This document shows, piece after piece, positions 37,222 to 46,780 of a stretch of DNA of 64,000 bases. The position numbers and the translations under genes were made by a program. Location of the stretch: the NCBI GenBank assembly GCA_016182185.1, contig JACOXU010000001.1:402915-466914 (forward strand), given 5' to 3'. Position 1 is the first letter of the stretch. The number at the start of each line of letters is the position of its first letter. Source of the stretch: Candidatus Levyibacteriota bacterium (GTDB lineage Bacteria > Patescibacteriota > Microgenomatia > Levybacterales > UBA12049). The notes under the pieces were generated by a model, which made no database searches, was not told the origin of the DNA, and worked only from the letters and a program-made list of their open reading frames with translations.

Positions 37222-37791
37222 TTAGAGTGGTAATTTTATTTGCTCAGAAGTTACATAAGCGGTATCAGGAACTATTGACAATACAAACGCAGGTCTTTCC
37301 CATGTTCGAATCTCATAAGAAATTCTACCAGAGACCACAGTATAATCCCATCTCTCATAACCATTTGTACCATCGTGCAGTATTTCTTCTCGTTTGGAAT
37401 CTTTTCCTGAATAAACTCCCATCCTGCCTGAAAGGAGTTTATGAATTGTTGGAAGATCTGTACTTCGAGATTGTCCTGCTTGCGGATAACGATTTATAAA
37501 TTGTGGGGGTCTTAAAATTCTACCCCAAAGAAGAATAAAATCTAGAGACAATCTATCTAACCTATGAATTCCTGAATATAAATGTATAATTTTGGCATCT
37601 GGTCTTATTTCAAATGAAGGATTTAATTCGACATGACTACCTTGGGCACTATAGCCAAGCCGTACAAGCTCCTTATCAGCAATTTCCTGATAATGAGGCA
37701 CAAATTCTTCTAAAATCCGTCTTGATCCTTCCCTTTGTAATTCAGGGAGAAATTGTTCCTGCCTGATTCCGGACTCAACTGTCGAAAGCAC
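37222..37791 (-). CDS. Hypothetical protein, cupin-like paralog E
   Basis: The C-terminal AFVLSIVPDTAYV is shared with the neighbouring ORF (VAVVLVIMPDTADIP). HDGTNGYERWDY is a possible cupin motif 1. Confidence 0.4.
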   Translation of the reverse strand: MLSTVESGIRQEQFLPELQREGSRRILEEFVPHYQEIADKELVRLGYSAQGSHVELNPSFEIRPDAKIIHLYSGIHRLDRLSLDFILLWGRILRPPQFINRYPQAGQSRSTDLPTIHKLLSGRMGVYSGKDSKREEILHDGTNGYERWDYTVVSGRISYEIRTWERPAFVLSIVPDTAYVTSEQIKLPL

Positions 37792-37852
37792 AGGTTAAAA
37801 GGATTCTAAGAAGATTATCTCTCCGAAATTTATCTCCCGTCAATGGGGAAAA

Positions 37853-38446
37853 TTAAGCTGCTTTTTCTTGTCGAGGGATATGAAGTTCTTCGTCAGGAAT
37901 ATCTGCCGTATCAGGCATGATTACCAAAACGACTGCAACACCTTCTGAAATTTCCGCCTGATGGTAAGTTTCCGGTGGAACCATTACATGTGGCGCTGCA
38001 CTACTCAGCGTTACAACCTTCGCACTTTCTTCATTCTCATCATCCATCACAAGATCCATGGATCCTATCAAGCTGATATAGTGCTCGACCACCCTTCTTC
38101 CTTTATACGAATGCTTATGTTCGGATGTCCTGCCGATTGATTCGCCATTCTCTTCGGGTTCCGGTTTTAAAACATAACCATAGATCCTGTAATTGTTTAT
38201 TTTTTGCTCAAGGAAATAGTGGCCGTCGGACTTATGGCCATTTGACTTTATATGTCTTTCTGTCTGTTTCTTGAAATTCAACTGGCTTATATCATCAACG
38301 ATTTTAAGCCATTTAAGAGGCTTGAAAGTAAGCTCCCTATAACCGGGTGCCAATAAATTTAAATCCTCGTGGCTCAGGCTACCATTTGTTTTTCTATTTA
38401 CTGCTTCAGGGTTTATTCCCGTATTTGTTTCTGCTCTTGCTGCCAT
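37853..38446 (-). CDS. Cupin-domain protein, paralog F
   Basis: GRTSEHKHSYKGRRVVEHYISLIG has the spacing G(x)4HxH(x)8E(x)6G. PPETYHQAE fits P-x-x-x-x-H-x-x-x as cupin motif 2. A TATAAT box lies 8 nt before the ATG. Confidence 0.5.
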   Translation of the reverse strand: MAARAETNTGINPEAVNRKTNGSLSHEDLNLLAPGYRELTFKPLKWLKIVDDISQLNFKKQTERHIKSNGHKSDGHYFLEQKINNYRIYGYVLKPEPEENGESIGRTSEHKHSYKGRRVVEHYISLIGSMDLVMDDENEESAKVVTLSSAAPHVMVPPETYHQAEISEGVAVVLVIMPDTADIPDEELHIPRQEKAA

Positions 38447-38474
38447 AAAGTATTATTATATAATTTTTTTACTT

Positions 38475-38524
38475 ATTTGGAAAATAAATTCTATATCAGA
38501 CCTCGCCAATCGGCGAGCAGGCAG
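38475..38524 (-). terminator. Hairpin downstream of fusA (CTCGCC-gatt-GGCGAG followed by a weak U-tract)
   Basis: Read on the minus strand at about 38495-38517. Confidence 0.3.
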
Positions 38525-40639
38525 TTACTGTGCCGAAACTCTTCCTGTAAAGGTAGATTTGGCAAGCATCTGCTCTTGAATATTCCTGGGAACTTCTTCA
38601 TAGTGTGACGGCTCCATATAATAGGATGCTCTTCCCTGCGACATCGATCGCAAAGTCGTGGCATAGCCGGAAAGCTCTGCCAAAGGAACCATGGCAAGTA
38701 TTATTGTAGCACGAGTCCTTTCCTCGGTTCCCAAAATTTGAGCTCTTTTGGAAGATAAATCCCCGATAACATCTCCCATAAATTCAGATGGGGTTGTCAC
38801 TTCAACTTTCATAATTGGCTCCAAAAGTGTAAGCTCTGCTTTTTTGCTAGACGCCTGAAGAGCTTGAGAAGCTGCAATTTTAAATGCCACATCAGATGAA
38901 TCAACATCATGATAGCTTCCGTCATAAACCGTAACTGTCATATCTACCATTGGGTAACCCAGGAGTATCCCATTCTCCATTGTTTCCTTGACTCCTTTTT
39001 CAACTGATGAAACAAATTCTGCCGGAATGGCTCCACCTTTTATGGCATCGACAAATTCAAATCCTTCACCTCGAGGTTTTGGCTCAACGCGCAGGAAACA
39101 ATGTCCATACTGACCACGGCCTCCGCTTTGTCGAATATATTTTCCTTCTGCTTCTGCCATTTTTTTAATAGTCTCCTTATAGGCTACCTGCGGCGCACCA
39201 ACATTGGCAAGCACGCTGAATTCTCTCTTCATTCGGTCAACCATAACCTCGAGTTGCAGTTCTCCGATTCCTGAAATAATCGTCTGGCCTGTCTCATGAT
39301 TTGTTTTAATAACAAATGTCGGATCTTCCTCCGAAAGTCTCTTCAAGGCAAAGCCTAATTTTTCCTGGTCCACCTTGGTCTTGGGTTCAATTGCCAAAGA
39401 AATAACCGGTTCCGGGAAAGAAATCTTTTCCAAAATTATCGGGGCTTTTTGATCACACAATGTATCTCCGGTAACAGTTTCTTTAAGCCCGACGAGTGCT
39501 ACGATTTCACCGGCCACCGCTTCTTTAAGTTCTTCCCTGGTATTGGCGTGCATAAGTAAAATTCGGCCGACTCTTTCTGTTTTATTTTTTGTACTATTAT
39601 GGATATACGAGCCTGATACGACTTTTCCTGAATAGACTCTAAAGTATGTAAGTTTTCCTACGTGAGGATCGATCTGAATTTTGAAGGCAAGTCCTGAAAA
39701 AGGATCCTCTGGAACTAATTTTCTTGCGATAGGCTCATTGGTCTTGGGATCTACACCATGTACTTCTTTAAGATCGACCGGTGAAGGAAGATAATCAATT
39801 ACAGCATCGAGAAGGGGTTGTACTCCCTTATTGCGGAGCGAAGATCCTGCATAAATTGGGACCAATTTATATGCGATTACCGCAGCTCTTAGAGCTTTTT
39901 TTAAGTCCTCCAGCGCTGGTTCTTCGCCTCCCAAATATTTTTCCAAAAGCGCATCATCTGTTTCGGCAATTTTTTCAATAAGTTTATGGCGGTACTTTTC
40001 TACCTCATCTTTCATATCAGCCGGGATTTCATCCGAAACTTCAAATTTGGCACCCAATTCATCTGACCCCCAGACAATTGCCTGACGGGTAAGAAGATCT
40101 ACAGTACCTTTAAATGTTTGCTCTGCTCCGATTGGCAAAACCATTATTGCAGGATTTGCACCTAGCCTGTCTTCAATACTTTTTACAGTTGCCAGAAAAT
40201 CAGCGCCGAGCTTATCCATCTTATTGATAAAGCAGAGCCGTGGCACCTTGTATTTGTCTGCCTGTCTCCAGACAGTTTCGGACTGCGATTGAACTCCTTC
40301 TTCGGCATCTAGTACTGTGATTCCACCGTCAAGAACACGCAAAGATCGCTCTACTTCTGCAGTAAAATCTACATGCCCGGGAGTATCAATAATATTTATT
40401 CTGTGGTCTTTCCAAAAAGCAGTTGTTGCGGCTGATACTATAGTAATGCCTCGTTCTTTCTCCTGCTCCATCCAGTCCATTTGAGTGGTTCCGGCATCAA
40501 TATCCCCAATCTTGTAAGTTTTTCCTGTATAAAACAAAATACGCTCGGTAGTCGTAGTTTTGCCTGCGTCAATATGGGCAATAATTCCGATGTTTCGGAT
40601 TTTGTCTAGTGTATATTCTTTTTTCTTCGTTTCCGCCAT
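38525..40639 (-). CDS. fusA: Elongation factor G
   Basis: [16 protein letters not shown] and the [21 protein letters not shown] motif, over a full length of 704 aa. Confidence 0.98.
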   Translation of the reverse strand: MAETKKKEYTLDKIRNIGIIAHIDAGKTTTTERILFYTGKTYKIGDIDAGTTQMDWMEQEKERGITIVSAATTAFWKDHRINIIDTPGHVDFTAEVERSLRVLDGGITVLDAEEGVQSQSETVWRQADKYKVPRLCFINKMDKLGADFLATVKSIEDRLGANPAIMVLPIGAEQTFKGTVDLLTRQAIVWGSDELGAKFEVSDEIPADMKDEVEKYRHKLIEKIAETDDALLEKYLGGEEPALEDLKKALRAAVIAYKLVPIYAGSSLRNKGVQPLLDAVIDYLPSPVDLKEVHGVDPKTNEPIARKLVPEDPFSGLAFKIQIDPHVGKLTYFRVYSGKVVSGSYIHNSTKNKTERVGRILLMHANTREELKEAVAGEIVALVGLKETVTGDTLCDQKAPIILEKISFPEPVISLAIEPKTKVDQEKLGFALKRLSEEDPTFVIKTNHETGQTIISGIGELQLEVMVDRMKREFSVLANVGAPQVAYKETIKKMAEAEGKYIRQSGGRGQYGHCFLRVEPKPRGEGFEFVDAIKGGAIPAEFVSSVEKGVKETMENGILLGYPMVDMTVTVYDGSYHDVDSSDVAFKIAASQALQASSKKAELTLLEPIMKVEVTTPSEFMGDVIGDLSSKRAQILGTEERTRATIILAMVPLAELSGYATTLRSMSQGRASYYMEPSHYEEVPRNIQEQMLAKSTFTGRVSAQ

Positions 40640-40739
40640 AAAAAAATAAAACTCGCTCCCGCCCTTTACGGGACGAATTTATTAAACAAAGTATAACATA
40701 TTTCCTATTCATATTCCAGACAGTGATATAATAATTTAG

Positions 40740-41465
40740 ATGAAAAGTGAATCAGTCATTATAAAGAGCGATGGACATAATCTTTCAGGAACTATTATAA
40801 AACCCGATGGAAATGAAAAGATCCCTGCAGTTGTCTTCTATCACGGCATGATAAGCCAGAGTAAACCCCGATATATTAAACGTGCAGAAGAATTAGCAAA
40901 AGTTGGAATTTCCTCTTTGTGCTTTGACTTTCGAGGCTGCGGTGAAAGTGAAGGAAAACTCGGAGAATTAACTTTGAAAGATTGGCTTGACGATTCAATT
41001 TTGGCTTTTGATTATCTTATCAATCAAGAATTCGTCGACAAAGATAGGATTGGAATAATGGGCAAAAGTTTTGGCGGAGAAATGGCAGCGCTTGTTGCTG
41101 AAAAAAGAAACGTTAGATCAATTGTTCTACATGCGCCTGCTGTTTATCCGGATACGTGGTTCGATGATAAATTTACCTGGGATGAAGAAATAAGCAGAAA
41201 AAGAAAAGAATACAGAAATTCAGAGAAAGCCCTGGATAATAATGCGATAAGAGCGATAGAAAAATTCAAAGGCTCATTATTAGTGGTAGGAAGCGAACTT
41301 GACGGTACATGTCCCAAAACTATAGTTAAAGGTTATTATGAACAGGCAGGATCAACAGACAAAAAAATCGAATGGATAAAAGGTGCCGATCATCCGCTCA
41401 AAGACGAATTCCATAACCACCAACTCACAAAACTCATGCTTGATTGGTTCTCAAAAACCCTTTGA
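40740..41465 (+). CDS. Alpha/beta hydrolase (dienelactone hydrolase / S9 peptidase-like)
   Basis: Nucleophile elbow GKSFGG, with an acid residue in ELDG and a His in GADHPL. A TATAAT box lies 7 nt before the ATG. Confidence 0.7.
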   Translation: MKSESVIIKSDGHNLSGTIIKPDGNEKIPAVVFYHGMISQSKPRYIKRAEELAKVGISSLCFDFRGCGESEGKLGELTLKDWLDDSILAFDYLINQEFVDKDRIGIMGKSFGGEMAALVAEKRNVRSIVLHAPAVYPDTWFDDKFTWDEEISRKRKEYRNSEKALDNNAIRAIEKFKGSLLVVGSELDGTCPKTIVKGYYEQAGSTDKKIEWIKGADHPLKDEFHNHQLTKLMLDWFSKTL

Positions 41466-42065
41466 CTAAATTACTGCGAGGACGGAGAAGTATTGATTTT
41501 GCCTTCGTTCTTCTTGCAAATGTCTTTGTAAAGTATCTTCCGGTGCAGCCGAAATTGAAACATGTAAAGGTAACGACCCTTCAGGTCCTTTAATAACAAA
41601 AGATGGATCATGGTTATTATAGTCGAGAAAAAATGGACCGGTTTCTCTTATCGCTTTTCCATTCTCTCCAAACATGGTAACTTTTACCACTTTATAACTT
41701 TCGGTGTGATCTGGAAAATATCTAAAATCTAACCCATATTGTTTGGCAAAGTCAGAAACTGTATCAATGGTTCGGTCGATTAATCCTACTCGCATGGCTG
41801 TATTGGCCGGTGCAGAATTTAAAATTCTAAGATCTATATCGTTTAAGGGGTGGAATCGTTTTCTTTCCGGTTTTACAGAGCTGCCAATAGCTATGACTCC
41901 TATTTTCTCTCCTTGAAAAAATTGACCGTTTTCTTGAAAAGCGGCGATTAATCTTTGGACTCTTTCTCTATCTATTCCGCTAAGAGTATCTAAATATTCA
42001 CTTGATGGAATCTCTCGTCCTCTTTTTCCTCTTACAATTTCTCCAGCTCTTTCTATAATTTGCAT
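41466..42065 (-). CDS. Polymerase-beta superfamily nucleotidyltransferase-domain protein
   Basis: IGSSVKPERKRFHPLNDIDL matches hG[GS]-x(9-13)-Dh[DE]h. It lies 12 nt downstream of rpsG on the same strand. Confidence 0.55.
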   Translation of the reverse strand: MQIIERAGEIVRGKRGREIPSSEYLDTLSGIDRERVQRLIAAFQENGQFFQGEKIGVIAIGSSVKPERKRFHPLNDIDLRILNSAPANTAMRVGLIDRTIDTVSDFAKQYGLDFRYFPDHTESYKVVKVTMFGENGKAIRETGPFFLDYNNHDPSFVIKGPEGSLPLHVSISAAPEDTLQRHLQEERRQNQYFSVLAVI

Positions 42066-42077
42066 AAGTTTAAAAAC

Positions 42078-42551
42078 CTACCACTTGAAGTGGGCGAAGG
42101 CGCGATTGGCTTCTGCCATGCGGTGGGCTACATCTCTTTTCTTGACTGCATCTCCCTTGTTTTCCAAAGCATCCATAAATTCTGCTGCCAGTTTTTCAGG
42201 CATTGTATGATATTCTTTGTTGGGTCTTGATTTCGCGGCTTGAATTATCCAGCGGATCGCAAGAGATGTTCTTCTGTCTCCTCTTACTTCAATGGGAACC
42301 TGATATGATGCTCCTCCGACTCTTCTGGCTTTTACCTCCTGTTTGGGCTCTACATTTCCAACACTTTTTTCAAAAACTTCCAAGGCATCCTGCCCCTTTT
42401 CTGAAATAATTTTCAACGCCTGGTAAAAATTTTTTTCAGCCACTGTTTTTTTGCCGTCTTTCATCAAATTATTGATAAACTTTGCCGCAAGCCTACTGTT
42501 ATAAATTTTATCAGGATTTATTTGTCTTTTTTTGGTTTTCTTGTGTCTCAT
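42078..42551 (-). CDS. rpsG: 30S ribosomal protein S7
   Basis: MRHKKTKKRQINPDKIYNSRL... Confidence 0.95.
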   Translation of the reverse strand: MRHKKTKKRQINPDKIYNSRLAAKFINNLMKDGKKTVAEKNFYQALKIISEKGQDALEVFEKSVGNVEPKQEVKARRVGGASYQVPIEVRGDRRTSLAIRWIIQAAKSRPNKEYHTMPEKLAAEFMDALENKGDAVKKRDVAHRMAEANRAFAHFKW

Positions 42552-42553
42552 AA

Positions 42554-43033
42554 TTACGCTGTTTCTGCCGGCGTAGGTGATGCCTCAGGAGCCGGTGTTC
42601 CTTGAGCGACTCTTGGAGCACTGCCTCCGCCTCGCTTGGTTCCGTATTTGCTTCTTGATTTCTTCCTTCCCTCAACTCCGGCAAGATCAAATTTTCCTCT
42701 TACAATATGGTACTTTACCCCGGGTAAATCTTTTACTCTTCCTCCCCGGACCAAAACGATTCCGTGCTCAGAAAGTGCATGTCCGATGCCCTGAATATAA
42801 GCAGTCACTTCCATTTTGTTTGAAAGTTTTACTCTTGCGACTTTTCGAAGCGCTGAATTAGGCTTCTTAGGAGTCATTGTTTTGACCAAAGTTACCACGC
42901 CTCTTTTTTGCGAGGACGGAATGTTTTTGTAGACCTGGTTTTTGGCATTAAAGAGTCGTCTTAAAGCTGTTGAACGAGTCTTTTTGATCTTTTTCTTTCT
43001 TTTTTTTCTTGCTAACTGTGATAATGTAGGCAT
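42554..43033 (-). CDS. rpsL: 30S ribosomal protein S12 (with N-terminal and C-terminal extensions)
   Basis: ...[17 protein letters not shown]...[19 protein letters not shown]... Confidence 0.95.
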   Translation of the reverse strand: MPTLSQLARKKRKKKIKKTRSTALRRLFNAKNQVYKNIPSSQKRGVVTLVKTMTPKKPNSALRKVARVKLSNKMEVTAYIQGIGHALSEHGIVLVRGGRVKDLPGVKYHIVRGKFDLAGVEGRKKSRSKYGTKRGGGSAPRVAQGTPAPEASPTPAETA

Positions 43034-43051
43034 GGCGTATGATTATAGCAT

Positions 43052-46000
43052 TTATTGCGCGGCCTCTTCAACTGCGGCTTGACCTGAATCAACCGGGATA
43101 AGACGTCCGATAATAACGTTCTCCTTAAGCCCGATCAGCTTATCTTCCTGCCCCTGAAGCACCGCTTCTGTGAGAACCTTTGTTGTTTCCTGGAAGGATG
43201 CCGCAGAAAGCCAAGAATCTGAAAATAGAGATGATTTGGTGATCCCCAAAAGAATTTGCCTTGCAGTGGCAGGCTCTCCTCCTTGAGACAGCATCTCCGC
43301 ATTGATCTCTTCAAATCTTTTTTTGGTAATAAAGTCGCCTGGAATAAGCGAAGTGTCTCCAACTGTCTCAACAACTACCTTGTCTGACATTTTTCGCAAT
43401 ACTACTTCAAAATGTTTGTCATTAATTGATATTCCCTGAGATTCATAAACTTTTTGAGCTTCTGAAAGAATGTATCTTTGAGCATCTATTAATCCATTGA
43501 TTCTGAGAATCTCCTTAGGATCAAGGTATCCTTCAGCAAGCGGAGTTCTTGCGGAAATTGTGTCCCCGTCTGCTACTTTAAGCTCTGAAGACATGGGAAT
43601 AAAGTATTCCTTCTCTTCCACCGGTTTTACTCTTGAGTTTCTTATTCTGACTATGTTGCCGTCGTCTGTTTTTTCAATGCCTACCTTCCCTGAAATCTCA
43701 GAAATTGGAGAGAGATTTTTTGGTGTTCTCATTTCGAACAATTCCTCAACACGAGGAAGTCCTTGTGTCACGTCAGACATTACTACTCCTCCGAAATGTC
43801 TGACTCTCATCGTAAGCTGGGTTCCTGGCTCTCCGATCGATTGAGCTGCCATAACTCCAACTGGAACTCCAGGATTTACTTTTTGCTTGGTTGAGAAATC
43901 CCACCCATAGCACTTGGCACACATTCCATAATCAGCCTTACATGTAAGGGGAGACCTAACAATTAATTCTTCGATTCCGCTATCATCGATTAGTTTTACT
44001 TTCTCTTCATCGATCTCTTCTCCTGCCTTAAGAATTATTTTCTTACTCTTTTTGGATGAAATATCTTTGACAGTAAATCTTCCCAAAATTCTATCCGAAA
44101 AAAGAGAAGTTCTATCAGGACTTTCTTTAAGGATTGTAATTCCATCAGTCGTTCCGCAATCTTCGCTTCTTATAATCACATCGTGAGAGACATCAACTAA
44201 CCTTCTAGTTAAATATCCTGCATTTGCGGTTTTAAGCGCCGAATCAGTAAGTCCCTTTCTTGAGCCTCTCGCACTTGCCACATATTCAAAAATTGAAAGT
44301 CCTTCGCGGAAATTGGACTTGATCGGCAGTTCAACTATTTTCCCTAAAGGATCGAGAATAAGCCCTCTCATGGCAGAAAGCTGTTTAACCTGTTCCTTTC
44401 CGGCGCGGGCACCTTCAGAGTCAATAATCATTTTGATTGGATTTTCTCCTTTCAAAATTTTCCAGGTTCGGTCGGCGAGATCATCGGTAGTTTTTAGCCA
44501 AACTTCATTACTTAATCGTTTTCTCTCTTCATTGGTGATTAATCCCTGCTGATACTCAAGCTCTATTTCCGTTATTTTCTTCTCAGCTTCTCTGATATCT
44601 TCCTCCTTCTTAGACACCATTTCATTATCAAAAACTGATACCGATGTTCCTGAAACTGTTGATCCGTAAAAACCCAAAGTTTTTATATTATCAATTAGAG
44701 CCTCTACTTCTTCATGTGAACATTTGGCGATAGCGATTGTAATAAGCTTTTTAATACCCGAGGCTTTAATGGGTGCATTAATGAAATCCAAAACTTGTGG
44801 CAATTTTTCGTTGAAAAGAATTCTTCCAACACTTGTTTCCATCAAATCTGCCTCAATTCTAACTTTGATGGGTTCTCTATATTTAATTCTTCCCAATGAA
44901 TGAGCAAGAATTGCTTCTTGAGCGGACATAAAAATGGGTGAATTTTCTTTCCTTAAAGATTCGTCAATCGTTGTAAGGTAATATACTCCGACTGCCATTT
45001 CCTTATTGGGCAAAGTTATGGGGCTTCCGTCCGCAGGTTTTAGTAAATTATGTCTTGGCATCATAAGACCGATGGCTTCTTCTTTGGCCTGGGAAGATAA
45101 AGGAATATGTACTGCCATTTGATCTCCGTCAAAATCCGCATTATATCCAGCACAGACACAAGGATGAAGGCTGATTGCAGATCCTTCAATCAGAACCGGA
45201 TAAAATGCCTGAATGCCGAGCTTATGAAGCGTTGGAGCGCGGTTTAGTAGCACCGGATGATCTTTGGTAATTTCTTCGAGGATATCAAATACCTCAGGAG
45301 GTCTTTTTTCGATATATCTTTTTGCCGACTTTATGTTTGGAGCAAATCCTCTAACTATGACCTCGCGCAAAACAAAAGGCTTAAACATTTCAAGGGCGAT
45401 TTCTTTGGGGAGTCCGCATTGGTAAAGGTTGAGCTGCGGCCCAACAACAATAACCGAACGTCCTGAATAATCAACTCTTTTACCCAAAAGGTTTTGTCTG
45501 AATCTTCCCTGTTTCCCGCGCAACATATCGGAAAGTGAACGAAGAGGAGACGAAACTACCTGATTGGAACGTTGTGATACATCAATCAATGAGTCAACAG
45601 ATTCTTGAAGCATTCTCTTCTCGTTTCTCAAGATTATTTCAGGCGCCCCCAATGAAATCAAATGCTTAAGTCGGTTATTTCTATTAATTACTCTTCGATA
45701 TAAGTCATTTAAATCAGATGTGGCAAAGCGACCTCCTGCAAGTTGAACCATTGGACGAAGATCAGGGGGAAGAACCGGTAAAACGTTGAGGATCATCGAT
45801 GACGGTGCTACACCGGCTGCCCTCATGGACTCGATAAGGCGAAGCCTCTTAATAAGCTTGAGGTATTTTTGGCCTTTAGATTTCTCTGTTTCGGTTCTTA
45901 ACTTCACAATAAGATCAGGAAGATTAATTTTATTTAAAAGATCAAGAATTCCTTCAGCTCCAGTCTTGAGGGTGAAAAAAACTGGGATATCGTATTCCAA

Positions 46001-46780
46001 AATTTTTGTATATTCATCTTCCGATAAAACTGATCCTACTTTTAAACTCTTTATAAGTTTGGAGAGGGCATCATGTATTTCATCAACTTTTTTTTCTTCC
46101 TCGGAAAGTCTGGTTTGAAGACTTGCGATTCTTTGACGCTCAGTTAGATCCAACTCCTGATAAATGAGATCCTTCTGTTCATTTCGAAGTTTTCCAGTCT
46201 TCACTTCTTTCTTTTTTTCCTTAATCTCGTCAGTAATTTCTTTCTCTTCGGCCGAAATTTCGTCTCTTTGTTGTTTCTTTCTCTTGTAGATATTCTTCAT
46301 AAAGGTTTCAAGAGCTGCTTTTTTCTTCTCTTCATCCATATCGACCACTAAAAATGAAGCGTAATAGACTACAGATTCAAGACTTTTCTGAGGCATATCA
46401 AGAATCAGAGATAAAGGAGAAGTCGAACCTTTGAAAAACCAAACATGCGAAACAGGAGAAGAAAGAACAATATGACCCATCCTTTCTCTTCTTACTCTTG
46501 AAGTCGTTACCTCAACACCACACTTGTCACAAATCACGCCTCTGTGTCTTATTCTTTTGTATTTTCCGCAATAGCATTCCCAGTCTTTTGTGGGCCCAAA
46601 GATTCTTTCGTCAAATAATCCGTCCTTTTCAGGCCTCAAGGTTCTATAGTTTATAGTCTCAGGCTTGGTAACCTCGCCATATGACCATGAAAGTATGTCG
46701 TCTTTACTTGCCAGTAAAATCTTTAATGACTTGAAATCCAAGATAGTTATATCTCTTACTTTTTTATCATTTTTGTTCAT
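43052..46780 (-). CDS. rpoC: DNA-directed RNA polymerase subunit beta'
   Basis: NADFDGDQMAVH catalytic loop and zinc-binding Cys residues, over 1242 aa. Confidence 0.98.
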   Translation of the reverse strand: MNKNDKKVRDITILDFKSLKILLASKDDILSWSYGEVTKPETINYRTLRPEKDGLFDERIFGPTKDWECYCGKYKRIRHRGVICDKCGVEVTTSRVRRERMGHIVLSSPVSHVWFFKGSTSPLSLILDMPQKSLESVVYYASFLVVDMDEEKKKAALETFMKNIYKRKKQQRDEISAEEKEITDEIKEKKKEVKTGKLRNEQKDLIYQELDLTERQRIASLQTRLSEEEKKVDEIHDALSKLIKSLKVGSVLSEDEYTKILEYDIPVFFTLKTGAEGILDLLNKINLPDLIVKLRTETEKSKGQKYLKLIKRLRLIESMRAAGVAPSSMILNVLPVLPPDLRPMVQLAGGRFATSDLNDLYRRVINRNNRLKHLISLGAPEIILRNEKRMLQESVDSLIDVSQRSNQVVSSPLRSLSDMLRGKQGRFRQNLLGKRVDYSGRSVIVVGPQLNLYQCGLPKEIALEMFKPFVLREVIVRGFAPNIKSAKRYIEKRPPEVFDILEEITKDHPVLLNRAPTLHKLGIQAFYPVLIEGSAISLHPCVCAGYNADFDGDQMAVHIPLSSQAKEEAIGLMMPRHNLLKPADGSPITLPNKEMAVGVYYLTTIDESLRKENSPIFMSAQEAILAHSLGRIKYREPIKVRIEADLMETSVGRILFNEKLPQVLDFINAPIKASGIKKLITIAIAKCSHEEVEALIDNIKTLGFYGSTVSGTSVSVFDNEMVSKKEEDIREAEKKITEIELEYQQGLITNEERKRLSNEVWLKTTDDLADRTWKILKGENPIKMIIDSEGARAGKEQVKQLSAMRGLILDPLGKIVELPIKSNFREGLSIFEYVASARGSRKGLTDSALKTANAGYLTRRLVDVSHDVIIRSEDCGTTDGITILKESPDRTSLFSDRILGRFTVKDISSKKSKKIILKAGEEIDEEKVKLIDDSGIEELIVRSPLTCKADYGMCAKCYGWDFSTKQKVNPGVPVGVMAAQSIGEPGTQLTMRVRHFGGVVMSDVTQGLPRVEELFEMRTPKNLSPISEISGKVGIEKTDDGNIVRIRNSRVKPVEEKEYFIPMSSELKVADGDTISARTPLAEGYLDPKEILRINGLIDAQRYILSEAQKVYESQGISINDKHFEVVLRKMSDKVVVETVGDTSLIPGDFITKKRFEEINAEMLSQGGEPATARQILLGITKSSLFSDSWLSAASFQETTKVLTEAVLQGQEDKLIGLKENVIIGRLIPVDSGQAAVEEAAQ

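Noticed and set aside
37222-37791. An HRLD motif (IHRLDRLSLD) in ORF E suggested a truncated RluA/RsuA pseudouridine synthase.
   Set aside because: The remaining pseudouridine synthase motifs are missing. The C-terminal PDTA block shared with the neighbouring cupin-like ORF points instead to a cupin-type paralog, so the HRLD is treated as coincidental.
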